Origin: Bacilli bacterium
GTDB lineage: Bacteria; Bacillota_I; Bacilli_A; RFN20; UBA1709
Assembly: GCA_050949315.1 (NCBI GenBank)
Contig: JBMNFL010000001.1
Location: 901,888-965,887, forward strand
DNA length: 64,000 nucleotides
Direction: 5' to 3'
The notes beneath the pieces are model-generated. The model made no database searches, was not told the DNA's origin, and saw only the letters and a list, made by a program, of their open reading frames with translations. Position 1 is the first letter of the stretch; each line of letters opens with the position of its first letter. Below are positions 1 through 8,728 of this stretch, piece after piece. A program made the position numbers and the translations under genes.

Positions 1-336
1 TATAACCATAAAGTTGCCGGCTTAGGAACTGTCGTTGGTTGGTTTTCCACGCCGACTGGTTTCTTTATCATCGTCGTCTTACCCTGTGTGGCCTTCTTAG
101 TTTATGAAATTTATCATTTTGTCAAGACTTTGACTGCTTATAATAAAGAGAAAAATAAAGGGGCCAGTAAGGAAGTTGAAACTGAACAACTGGTGGCCCT
201 TAGAAAAGAGGCGCTGGAGGATCTAGTTAAATCTGGAGTCTTGAGTACTGAAGAGGCTGAAACAAAATTGAAGGAATATCAAGATAGTTTAAGTCAGACT
301 GAAGTTGAAGAAGTCAAAGAAGAAAATAAAGAATAA
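1..336 (+). CDS. 3' end of a gene running off the window start. It is a C-terminal fragment with one predicted TM helix followed by a charged E/K-rich tail. Function unknown.
   Basis: The frame is open from nt 1 (YNHKVAGLGTVVGWFSTPTGFFIIVVLPCVAFLVYEIY...) to the stop at 334-336. The listed 88..336 ORF is only its internal Met. Hydrophobic segment then ...EKNKGASKEVETEQL...EEVKEENKE. It loosely resembles the C-terminal TM-plus-tail of the SipW at 3703..4314. Confidence 0.4.
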   Translation, partial: YNHKVAGLGTVVGWFSTPTGFFIIVVLPCVAFLVYEIYHFVKTLTAYNKEKNKGASKEVETEQLVALRKEALEDLVKSGVLSTEEAETKLKEYQDSLSQTEVEEVKEENKE

Positions 337-353
337 CAAGAAAGGGTAAGCAA

Positions 354-2003
354 TTGCCCTTTCTAAATGAAGGGGTTGGTCTAATGGACGGTATTAATAG
401 ATTCGCACAATATTTCATGGATTTTTGTTCTAATGTTTGGGAACAAATTAAGAGTTTTTTTGTTGCCTTTTATAATATTGTAGCGGATGTCTTAGTTCGC
501 AATCACATTTCTAATTTTCGTATAATCGGGGAATATGCTGATAAGTTCACCGTTTTATCTTGGATTTTATTTGTGTTTATTGAAGCGCTTATTTGCGCCT
601 TTTTAGTTTTATTAGTTTGGAAGATTGTCCAATTATTGAGTCGTTGGCTCAAGTTTAGACGCAAAGAAGTTGACAAAGAAGATCTTCTAATTGAAATCGC
701 CAAATTAAAAACGCAAGTAGTCAAAGTTACTAGAGAAAAGGATCGCATTCTTTCTTTACAACTCGGCAGTGGGGGAGGACTTGTCGATACTGAGAGTTTA
801 AATCTTGGTCCTAGTTTAGTTCCCTCAACAGCCCTAGACACGATTCCGGATACTACAGAAATTGTTAGCACCACTGAAAGCAAGGATGAATTAGCGCAGG
901 TTGTTAGCGATTCGCGCTTCTCAAAACTAATTTTAGTTGATGAAAAATATAAAAATGGTAATTATGTTGTGACCATGACGGCGGAGGATATGGTTGGTTT
1001 ACCAGAACTGGTTGCCCGCTTTGTCAACTATTCAGCCTCACAACACAAGTTATTCTATACCCCTAAGACCATTTCTAAATATGTGGCGGGGTTAGCTACT
1101 TCTAAGATTATTATTCTTGAAGGTATCTCGGGTACAGGTAAAACCTCTTTACCCTATGCCTTCTCCCGTTTCCTTAAGAATCAAGCGGTTATTGTTTCTG
1201 TTCAGCCTTCTTGGCGTGATCGGACTGAGATTTTAGGTTATCTTAACGAATTCACTAAGAAATTTAATGAGACCGATTTCTTAAAAGCCGTTTATGAGGT
1301 TTCTTATCGTGAGGATGTTAACACTATCGTGCTTGATGAATTGAATTTAGCCCGTATTGAGTATTATTTCGCTGAGTTCCTTTCGGTGATGGAAATGCCG
1401 GATATCTCTGAGTGGAAGCTAGATTTAGTACCCACTCAACTACCTGGAGATCCCAAGCACTTAAATGGTGGCAAACTTTTAATTCCCCAAAATGTTTGGT
1501 ATGTAGGAACGGCTAACCGTGATGACTCCACCTTTACGATTACCGATAAGGTCTATGATAGAGCCATCACCATCTATCTTAATGAGAGAGCGAAATACTT
1601 TGATGCGCCCTATACTGAGCCGGTTAATATCTCCTATGATTATTTAGAAAAGCTCTTTAGTATGGCGGCTGAGAAACATCCGATTTCTTTAAAGGCTCTT
1701 CAAAATCTTGATAAGATTGATGTCTTTATTCAGGATAATTTCAAGATTGCTTTTGGTAACCGTATTCTCAAACAGATTAGAATCTTTGTTCCTGTCTATG
1801 TTGCCTGTGGCAATACCGAGACTGAGGGACTTGACTTTATGATCTGTACCAAAATCCTTAAAAAGTTTGAGGCCTTAAACCTTCCGTTCTTACGCAAAGA
1901 GTTAGAAGAGTTAATTTCCTTAATTCAAAAATTATTTGGCAAAGACGCCTTCACCGAATCAATTGCCTATCTGCGCGATTTATTGAAGATGGCGGGCGCT
2001 TAG
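354..2003 (+). CDS. Membrane-anchored AAA+ NTPase of the McrB/AAA_5 type
   Basis: Walker A GISGTGKT at nt 1122-1145. hhhhDE-type Walker B IVLDELNLAR. Sensor-like VGTANRDDSTF. N-terminal hydrophobic helix VLSWILFVFIEALICAFLVLLVW, then a coiled-coil linker. The start may be the ATG at 384, which has a GAAGGGG Shine-Dalgarno. Confidence 0.7.
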   Translation: MPFLNEGVGLMDGINRFAQYFMDFCSNVWEQIKSFFVAFYNIVADVLVRNHISNFRIIGEYADKFTVLSWILFVFIEALICAFLVLLVWKIVQLLSRWLKFRRKEVDKEDLLIEIAKLKTQVVKVTREKDRILSLQLGSGGGLVDTESLNLGPSLVPSTALDTIPDTTEIVSTTESKDELAQVVSDSRFSKLILVDEKYKNGNYVVTMTAEDMVGLPELVARFVNYSASQHKLFYTPKTISKYVAGLATSKIIILEGISGTGKTSLPYAFSRFLKNQAVIVSVQPSWRDRTEILGYLNEFTKKFNETDFLKAVYEVSYREDVNTIVLDELNLARIEYYFAEFLSVMEMPDISEWKLDLVPTQLPGDPKHLNGGKLLIPQNVWYVGTANRDDSTFTITDKVYDRAITIYLNERAKYFDAPYTEPVNISYDYLEKLFSMAAEKHPISLKALQNLDKIDVFIQDNFKIAFGNRILKQIRIFVPVYVACGNTETEGLDFMICTKILKKFEALNLPFLRKELEELISLIQKLFGKDAFTESIAYLRDLLKMAGA

Positions 2004-2018
2004 TTGGGGTGCGTTTAA

Positions 2019-3713
2019 ATGGCAAAGGCAAAGACCAATTATGAGAAACGCTTTTATCAACGCATCTTAAAAGCTATCAATAGAGAAGACGCCAAAGGTT
2101 TTTATAAAGAATTTAATAATGCGATTAAAAGTGGCAAAATGACCATTAGCCAGATGCGGACCAAGAGTCAGCTTTCTTTTGATGCGACTTGGATCAATGT
2201 TATTACCAGTTACTTACCATATCTAGAGAAGATTGTTCGCAATCCTAGGATCTATATGGAAGCCATCGAGATGGTAACACCAATTCAATCAGCCAAGAAA
2301 ATCACCGCTCGTTCCGTTCAGCATCTTTCAGCCAATGTGCAAAATGTTCAAGAGATTCGTAGTGATGGAACCATCGTTCCTTCTAAGGTGTTATCCACCA
2401 TCTACGAAGACACGATGAATATCTATGAAAACCGCTTTATTATGACACTTATTTCTAAACTGGCGGCTTTTGTGGAAGTGCGTTATGAGCAAATTGCTGA
2501 AAAAACGGAGTCCTATCAAACCGATTATTTAAGAGTTCAAGATGTCTTTAAGTGGCGAAACTATGATATTGAAGCCAATATTGATTTAAAGGTTAAAGAA
2601 CAGGTTGAGGATGAAGAAAGTCAAAAGAATTTAGAACTCGTCGAGGATATCAGAACCATCCGTAGTTATGTACGGGGTTTTATGCAGTCGGCTTTCTATC
2701 AAACCATGAAGGAAAGTCGGGCGCGAGCCGTTAATCCGCCGATTCTAAGGACCAATATCATTGTTAAGTCAGTTGAATATAATAGTTGTTTAAAATTATG
2801 GCAGTTCTTAGATTCCTATCGCCAACTTGGGGTCAGTGTTGGTGTCTTTGATAAGGAACTGGATTTTGATGAAGACTTTGTCAATAAGGTCAGCGATATG
2901 TTAATGCTGAATTATTCTTTAATCACCGAGAATCAAGCTGATCGTGAAGACACTTATAATCTTTTGCCCTATAAAAAGCGTAGAGAAAAAGAAATACGCT
3001 TTAGTAAGACCGAATTAGTTGTTGAGGAAATGCTGGATGAGGATGCCGATATTAAAGCCGTTCCCCCTACTATTTCCGAATACTACTATCAAAGGATGAA
3101 GCAGATTTCAAAGACCAACTTCACTAGACAAGTGAATTCCGGTATTTCTTATAATCGTTCCTTTTTAAATATTTATAAGAAAATGTTAAAAATTGAAAAT
3201 GGTGTGCAAAAAGAAATTCTACAAGGTCTTGAAAAAAGATTACGTAAAAGATATCCAACTAAGATAAAATCCGCCGCCAAGGTCACTTTTTTGAAAAGAG
3301 TTCGCTCAATTTATAAATCGGTGATTTTAATTAAGAAAGCCGACTTAGAAAGCGCGGAGGCGAAGTTAAGAAAAGCCGAAGCCGATCTTGAGAAAAACAT
3401 GGCTTTAATTAAACCTGAAACCAAAGCTTTCCGCAAGAAAGAGCGGGAAAAAGCGGCGCGCCGGGCTAGAAAGAAAGCTCGGGCCAAGGGCTTACCAGTA
3501 CCGAAGATGAAAGATTTAATTAAAGAGGAAGAAGAAGAGCCAATCATTGATCTTCCCGAAGTTGACGATGAAGATCTTTCTGAAAGCGAATTATTAGCTA
3601 GTGAGGATGAAGTCGTTAAAAAGCCCGTAAAAAAGGCGGTAAAGAAAGGCGAACCGGAGCCGATTGATGTCGTCATTGTTAAAGCTAATGAGGATGAAGA
3701 GGATGAAGAGTAA
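2019..3713 (+). CDS. Partner protein of the AAA_5 NTPase. Soluble 564-aa protein with an extremely charged K/E/A-rich C-terminal tail. Possibly McrC/DUF2357-like, which I cannot verify.
   Basis: Starts 16 nt after the NTPase stop with a GGGGTG Shine-Dalgarno. No TM segment and no recognisable PD-(D/E)xK nuclease motif. The C-terminal ~130 aa is low complexity (KAEADLEK...KKEREKAARRARKKARAKG...EEEEEP...EDEEDEE). Confidence 0.6.
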   Translation: MAKAKTNYEKRFYQRILKAINREDAKGFYKEFNNAIKSGKMTISQMRTKSQLSFDATWINVITSYLPYLEKIVRNPRIYMEAIEMVTPIQSAKKITARSVQHLSANVQNVQEIRSDGTIVPSKVLSTIYEDTMNIYENRFIMTLISKLAAFVEVRYEQIAEKTESYQTDYLRVQDVFKWRNYDIEANIDLKVKEQVEDEESQKNLELVEDIRTIRSYVRGFMQSAFYQTMKESRARAVNPPILRTNIIVKSVEYNSCLKLWQFLDSYRQLGVSVGVFDKELDFDEDFVNKVSDMLMLNYSLITENQADREDTYNLLPYKKRREKEIRFSKTELVVEEMLDEDADIKAVPPTISEYYYQRMKQISKTNFTRQVNSGISYNRSFLNIYKKMLKIENGVQKEILQGLEKRLRKRYPTKIKSAAKVTFLKRVRSIYKSVILIKKADLESAEAKLRKAEADLEKNMALIKPETKAFRKKEREKAARRARKKARAKGLPVPKMKDLIKEEEEEPIIDLPEVDDEDLSESELLASEDEVVKKPVKKAVKKGEPEPIDVVIVKANEDEEDEE

Positions 3714-4314
3714 GAAGGGCAAGTATCTCAAAAGAATCGCTTTAGTTCTTCTTGAATTACTCATCCTTTATATTGTTATTAAAGTCGTTATTGGGGTGGC
3801 GACAAATAGTCCAGTAAATGTCTTTAATCACTATGTCTTCGTTGTTAAGACGGAGTCGATGCAAGACTTTATTAACCCGGGGGATATCGTTTTTATCCAA
3901 AAGTGTCAGATTGATAAGGCGCAAATAGGCGATGTCATCTCCTTTACTTGTATTAACCCCACTCAAACTATTTATGGTAGTAACATCATCCATCGCGTAG
4001 TTGATAGAGAAGTTGTTGATGGCCTTATAAGACTAACAACTAAAGGCGATGCCAATGTTATTATTGATGAATACCAAGTTACTGGGGCCAACTTTGTCGG
4101 CCGAGTTACCCTAGTATCCCCCTTCCTAGGCCGCGTCTTTAATCTATTTGTCAGTACTTACCTTTCTTTATATCTAATTGTTCTTGTTCTACTTTTATTT
4201 GTTATTGTCAGTGTGATTAAACGTATGATCAAGTTAGTAAAAGAAGAGCATAGACAAAAGGAAAAAGAGAAAATCAAAGAAGAAATTCTAGCCGAAAAAA
4301 GAAGAGGAGAATAG
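3703..4314 (+). CDS. sipW: Signal peptidase I, SipW (archaeal/ER) type, with a C-terminal TM anchor and charged tail
   Basis: Has the S26B boxes TESMQD (catalytic Ser), GDIVF, IIHRV (His) and TKGDANVIID. There is an N-terminal signal-anchor and a C-terminal TM. The ORF track starts at 3664. The ATG at 3703 (MKSKKGKYLKRIAL) has a GAGGA Shine-Dalgarno inside the upstream gene's ...EDEEDEE tail, and overlaps the upstream stop by 11 nt. Confidence 0.8.
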   Translation: MKSKKGKYLKRIALVLLELLILYIVIKVVIGVATNSPVNVFNHYVFVVKTESMQDFINPGDIVFIQKCQIDKAQIGDVISFTCINPTQTIYGSNIIHRVVDREVVDGLIRLTTKGDANVIIDEYQVTGANFVGRVTLVSPFLGRVFNLFVSTYLSLYLIVLVLLLFVIVSVIKRMIKLVKEEHRQKEKEKIKEEILAEKRRGE

Positions 4315-4317
4315 AGC

Positions 4318-6861
4318 ATGAAAAAAAGGAGCATCTTTATCTTTCTAGCAGTTTCCATTATTCTTTCCTTATTCATCAGCATAATTTATATCGTTAAAGC
4401 CTCTTCAATTGTTGAAGCTAAAGCCCACAGCAACGTGCATAGTGTGGCTACAGAAACCGCGGCTTACTTAGATAACAATGTGCAGAATACTCATGATGAT
4501 ATTGCTTTTTATATTGAAAATTCTACGAAAGAAAAAGGTGAACTGGTCAGTGAGCTCTATTCTAAATATAGTAGTCGTTTTATCGGCTTTGGTTATTGTG
4601 AGGGCATAAGCGGCGAAGATCCTAAACTCGTTTCTTATGCGGGCAAGGATGATTATGAGTTATTTGCTTTTAACTTTTCCCATTCGGAGCGCTTTTTCGC
4701 CCAGCAATGTGCCATAACTAATTTATCAAGATTCTTTGATAATCTAACGGATGAGCAAAATGAAGTGGTCATCTTCTATCATTTTGACGATTATTTTGCC
4801 TTTCAGCCCTTTTCGGCTTATGAGACGATGTTGAGCAGTGCTTATCCTGAGGGCACTAGATATCTTGTTAGCACAGGGGATGGCTTAATCTTAGCCAATT
4901 CTTTCAGTGACGATATGTCGATGAGCAGCATTTTTAGAATGTCAGTTGATCCCTTCCCTGGTTTTGTTGAGGATATCTTAGCAGGTGAGGGTCAATCTAA
5001 AATAATGAAACTCAATAAAGGCTTATCACATTTAGTTACTGTTTCCACTTGTTTAGAAGATTTTAATGATGATGGTGTTTATATCTTTGTCATCGTCGAT
5101 AATATTTATATCACTAATTTCTTGAATTCACTGCTTATCATCACCGCGATTTACAATGCCTTCTTTATTGTGATCAATGTTGGGATGGCGCTAACCATGT
5201 ATTTTACTAAGCGCAGCAGTCGGGACTTAATTATTCCCTTTTCCTATGAAGATCATTATGTTTTACTGGTCGGTGAAGATGGTAAGATTATAAGTAAAAA
5301 CAAGCGTTTTAGCAAATCAAAGTATAATTGTGGCAATCTACTAAGAACAGGGGTTGTTGAACTTAAGGAGCAAACAACTGAAGAATTAAAGAACTTATTA
5401 GAAACAGCTTCTTCTTTGACTTTGCGTTATGTCTTTGATGATAAGATTGAAGATATCAATTTCTTGATTTTAAATTCAAAGATCGGCTATCAATTAATTG
5501 CCGAAGCCTATGATGATGCTTATATAGCTCGTGATAGGAAGGGTAGCAGAAGAGGGGTTAGTATTGATTATGCTTATCAAGATGATTTTTACGATATTTT
5601 AAATAGAAAAGCGCTATTAGAACGTTTGAAGGATACAATTGCCAACAAGAAGAAATATTTAAATGTTTATCTTGTTTGTTGCTCCTTGAAAAATCACGAT
5701 GAAATTACGCGTTTATATGGTCAGCATATTCACGAGATGATTAATACAGAAGTTATTAATCGCTTGAAGAAGTCTTTAGATGGTAATGAGATCTACTCTA
5801 TCAATGACAATTTCTGTGCTTTCTTTGTTCATTTAAAGGATAACTTCAATGATTTAAGAAGACAGATGGAAGTTATTAATAAAGAGCAAAGACATCCTAT
5901 CAGTATCTATTCCAGTGATTCAATAGTTGAGCCCTATTTCGGTATTTATCCTCTTTCTTTAATTGAGGCCAATGAAGATCCAACGCCAAGAGGTATTATC
6001 AATAAGGCGATAATTGCCTATAACCGGGCTAAACAGAGTAAGGATCAAAACTATTATTTATACGATATCAGTTCCGAGTCTTTGCTCGAACGTGAGCAAA
6101 TAGTAGCGGATGATATTAAAAAAGGTATTGAAAACAATGAGTTTGAGACCCACTTCCAACCAGTTTACAATTTAAAAGAAGATCGGGTATCGGGCTTTGA
6201 ATGTCTGTTAAGATGGAATAATGACAAATACCGTTTTGAGTCGCCGTATGAATATATCAAAGTTGCCGAGCATGCGGGCTATATCCACGATATTGGTATT
6301 TTTACTTTCCGCAAGGCCTTGGAGTTACTTAAAGAGTTAAATAGAGATGATATTCGAGTATCGGTTAACGTTTCGCTTGCTCAATTTATGCAGGCTGGCT
6401 TTACCACGGATGTTATTAATCTTTTTAAGGAATATGATGTTCCTTATTCCAGTGTGGCGATGGAAATCACTGAGACTTTCTTTGCCGAGTCTATTCAAGA
6501 AATTACTGATAAATTAGAATATATTCGTTCCTTTGGCATTAAAATTTATCTAGATGACTTTGGGACGGGCTACTCATCTTTGCTTTATTTAGCAGAGTTC
6601 CCAGTGGATGTTATTAAGATTGATAAAGAATTTACCAATCAAATTAAAGCTAATGAAAGTGTAAGAACAATTATGTCTTATTTAATTGGTATGGCTAATG
6701 CCATAGGTTTAGATGTGGTGGCTGAGGGTGTAGAAACCGACTATCAGCTCAAGTTCTATGAACGCCAGAAATGCAATTATATACAAGGCTTTTATTTCTC
6801 TAAACCGCTACCAGTGTCTGAGGTCCAAAAGGCCTTAGAAATCAAAAGGAGTGATGTCTAA
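4318..6861 (+). CDS. Membrane sensor protein (two TM segments flanking a ~250-aa extracytoplasmic domain) with a degenerate GGDEF domain and an EAL domain. Probable c-di-GMP phosphodiesterase.
   Basis: EAL-domain signatures are present: FQPVYNL, GFECLLRW (ECL variant of EAL), NVSLAQF, EITE, YLDDFGTGYSSL, EGVET, QGFYFSKP. The GGDEF position reads SINDNFCAF, which is degenerate. It starts 4 nt after the sipW stop with a GAGGAG Shine-Dalgarno. Confidence 0.8.
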   Translation: MKKRSIFIFLAVSIILSLFISIIYIVKASSIVEAKAHSNVHSVATETAAYLDNNVQNTHDDIAFYIENSTKEKGELVSELYSKYSSRFIGFGYCEGISGEDPKLVSYAGKDDYELFAFNFSHSERFFAQQCAITNLSRFFDNLTDEQNEVVIFYHFDDYFAFQPFSAYETMLSSAYPEGTRYLVSTGDGLILANSFSDDMSMSSIFRMSVDPFPGFVEDILAGEGQSKIMKLNKGLSHLVTVSTCLEDFNDDGVYIFVIVDNIYITNFLNSLLIITAIYNAFFIVINVGMALTMYFTKRSSRDLIIPFSYEDHYVLLVGEDGKIISKNKRFSKSKYNCGNLLRTGVVELKEQTTEELKNLLETASSLTLRYVFDDKIEDINFLILNSKIGYQLIAEAYDDAYIARDRKGSRRGVSIDYAYQDDFYDILNRKALLERLKDTIANKKKYLNVYLVCCSLKNHDEITRLYGQHIHEMINTEVINRLKKSLDGNEIYSINDNFCAFFVHLKDNFNDLRRQMEVINKEQRHPISIYSSDSIVEPYFGIYPLSLIEANEDPTPRGIINKAIIAYNRAKQSKDQNYYLYDISSESLLEREQIVADDIKKGIENNEFETHFQPVYNLKEDRVSGFECLLRWNNDKYRFESPYEYIKVAEHAGYIHDIGIFTFRKALELLKELNRDDIRVSVNVSLAQFMQAGFTTDVINLFKEYDVPYSSVAMEITETFFAESIQEITDKLEYIRSFGIKIYLDDFGTGYSSLLYLAEFPVDVIKIDKEFTNQIKANESVRTIMSYLIGMANAIGLDVVAEGVETDYQLKFYERQKCNYIQGFYFSKPLPVSEVQKALEIKRSDV

Positions 6862-8324
6862 TGATATTAGCAAGAACAGCAAGTACTAGTGATCCAGTCT
6901 TTACGGGTTTGATCATTATTGTGATAATTGGCCTAAGTGTTTTACTACTTTGGTCCATTATCCGCGAAATGAAAAAAAGAAAAAAAGAACGGGAACAACC
7001 AAAAAAGACCCCAGGTTTAATGTCCTTATCCCATTTGACGGAGTCTTTAAACGAATTTGTTCGGGTTTATCACCTTTCTAAGAAGGCGACAATTTTTGTC
7101 TTTTCCTTTGCTAATGCCAATGAACTAGCCGAGTCGTTTGGTCGTCGAACCGAGATGATTTTAAAAGATAAGGTTCTCCAGAATGTGATAAAAATTCTCC
7201 CTAGAAACGCGGTTTTAGCTGAATACAGGAACGAAAGCGATAGTTACGCTTTACTATTAAGAGGCGATTTTCCTGAAGACAAACTCTTAAGTTTTGCTAA
7301 CTACCTAGTCAGCGTTATTGAAACTCCTGTTGCGGTTCCTAACCTTGAGATTGAAATTTCCTATTCAGCTTATTTAGGTATTGTCTATTATCCAACTCAT
7401 GCCATTTCGGTTACTGATTTGTTAAACAAGGCCGATGTCGCTCTTTATATGAACCAGAAGAGCCCTAACACCAAATACACGGTTTATTCTTCCTCTTTCG
7501 CGGTTACCGAAGAAGAGAATCTTGTTTACTATAACCAAATCAAAGCCGCCATTAAAAACAAAGAATTTGAACTTTATTATCAACCAATTTGTGAATGTAA
7601 AACCCAAAACATTGTTGGTTTTGAAGCCTTGATTCGCTGGAAACATCCAGAATTAGGCATATTAAATCCAGCCAAATTCCTTTCTGTTTTAGAGAATTCT
7701 GGGGATATAAACTGGATTGGCAAATGGAGCATGCATGTTATCTGTGCTTACTATAATGAACAGCGCGCTCTTTTCAAAGAACATAATGTTTTCTTCTCAG
7801 TAAACCTTTCAGTTAAGCAATTGCTCAATGAGAACTTGGTCAATGATTTTGCCGCTATTCTCAATCAATATCATGTGCCTACTGACGCAATTTGTTTTGA
7901 AATTGAAGAATATGCCCTTTATGAACGTTATCCTGTCATTCAAACAACGATTCGAGAATTAGGAGAGAAAGGTTTCAAACTCGCTATTGATCACTTTGGT
8001 TTAGATTCTAATAACATCAAGAAATTAGAATCACAAGAACCCTATATGATTAAACTTGTAGCAAAAGACACCTTGGAAGCCCAAGACTCCTTTGTTGGGT
8101 CGCGTGTTTTCGAGATTTTAATTGATACCTGTAAAAAGCGAAATATTAAAATTTCCTCTTTAATGGTTGAAAATCAAGATGATATCAAAAAACTTGAAGA
8201 AAGCGGTTTTGATTATCAGCAAGGCTATTTTATTGCTGAGCCGATGAGTGCTAAAGACAATGCTGAATTCTTTTCCGCCAGCTTTCGCCTAAAAGAAGAT
8301 GAAAGCAAGAAAAAGGAAGAATAA
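6861..8324 (+). CDS. Membrane protein with a degenerate GGDEF and a partly degenerate EAL domain. Likely a catalytically inactive c-di-GMP-binding protein.
   Basis: The EAL motif is intact (GFEALIRWKHPELG). DHFGLDSNN replaces DDFGTGYSS and VENQDD replaces EGVET. An ATGA overlap with the upstream stop at 6859-6863 indicates translational coupling. N-terminal TM IIIVIIGLSVLLLWSII. Confidence 0.7.
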   Translation: MILARTASTSDPVFTGLIIIVIIGLSVLLLWSIIREMKKRKKEREQPKKTPGLMSLSHLTESLNEFVRVYHLSKKATIFVFSFANANELAESFGRRTEMILKDKVLQNVIKILPRNAVLAEYRNESDSYALLLRGDFPEDKLLSFANYLVSVIETPVAVPNLEIEISYSAYLGIVYYPTHAISVTDLLNKADVALYMNQKSPNTKYTVYSSSFAVTEEENLVYYNQIKAAIKNKEFELYYQPICECKTQNIVGFEALIRWKHPELGILNPAKFLSVLENSGDINWIGKWSMHVICAYYNEQRALFKEHNVFFSVNLSVKQLLNENLVNDFAAILNQYHVPTDAICFEIEEYALYERYPVIQTTIRELGEKGFKLAIDHFGLDSNNIKKLESQEPYMIKLVAKDTLEAQDSFVGSRVFEILIDTCKKRNIKISSLMVENQDDIKKLEESGFDYQQGYFIAEPMSAKDNAEFFSASFRLKEDESKKKEE

Positions 8325-8367
8325 AAAGAAAAAAGGCAAAAAATGCTGACTTTTTCCAAAAATTAAG

Positions 8368-8396
8368 TTGCAACCAAGAAATATTCGTTCTATAAT
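8368..8396 (+). promoter_or_regulatory. Sigma-A-type promoter for the cold-shock gene, followed by a long 5' UTR
   Basis: TTGCAA (8368-8373), a 17-nt spacer, then TATAAT (8391-8396). The ~55-nt leader before csp is typical of csp genes. Confidence 0.6.
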
Positions 8397-8450
8397 AACT
8401 TTGCATTTAGAAATAGATGCATAGTCTAAAAATGACGGAAGGAAGTAAAA

Positions 8451-8648
8451 ATGAAGGGCGCAATTAAGATGTTTAGTAAAGAAAAGGGCTTCGGCTTTAT
8501 TCGCACCGAAGAGGGCAAGGATGTCTTTTTCCACTACTCCGAACTACAAATGGAAGGCTTTAAGACCGCTGAAGTTGGCGAAGAGGTTGAATTTGATGTT
8601 CAAGAATCGGACAGAGGTCCTAGAGCTGCTAATATTCGCAAGTTATAG
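8451..8648 (+). CDS. Cold-shock protein (CspA family)
   Basis: Contains KGFGFI and VFFHYS, the RNP1/RNP2-like motifs of the CSD. 65 aa. Confidence 0.9.
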   Translation: MKGAIKMFSKEKGFGFIRTEEGKDVFFHYSELQMEGFKTAEVGEEVEFDVQESDRGPRAANIRKL

Positions 8649-8659
8649 TAGCTAGTGAG

Positions 8660-8684
8660 AAAACCACGAAAGTGGTTTTTTTGT
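8660..8684 (+). terminator. Rho-independent terminator after csp
   Basis: Stem AAACCAC, loop GAAA, stem GTGGTTT, then TTTTTTG. Confidence 0.75.
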
Positions 8685-8728
8685 TTCTCATAAAGTAGTA
8701 TAATACCTAAGAGGTTAGGAGGGGTTCT

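Noticed and set aside
503-883. 126-aa ORF antisense to the AAA+ NTPase gene
   Set aside because: It lies entirely within, and antisense to, a well-supported CDS. No RBS, no motifs, low-complexity Ser/Leu-rich translation.
3311-3676. 121-aa ORF antisense to the poly-K/E tail of the 2019..3713 gene
   Set aside because: It is a mirror-image translation of a low-complexity GAA/AAG-rich region, a typical spurious antisense ORF.
354-3713. Calling the NTPase/partner pair a Type IV McrBC restriction system
   Set aside because: The NTPase carries a TM anchor and the partner has no PD-(D/E)xK nuclease signature that I can see. The operon continues into sipW and EAL genes rather than sitting in a defence island. 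I kept it as an open finding instead.
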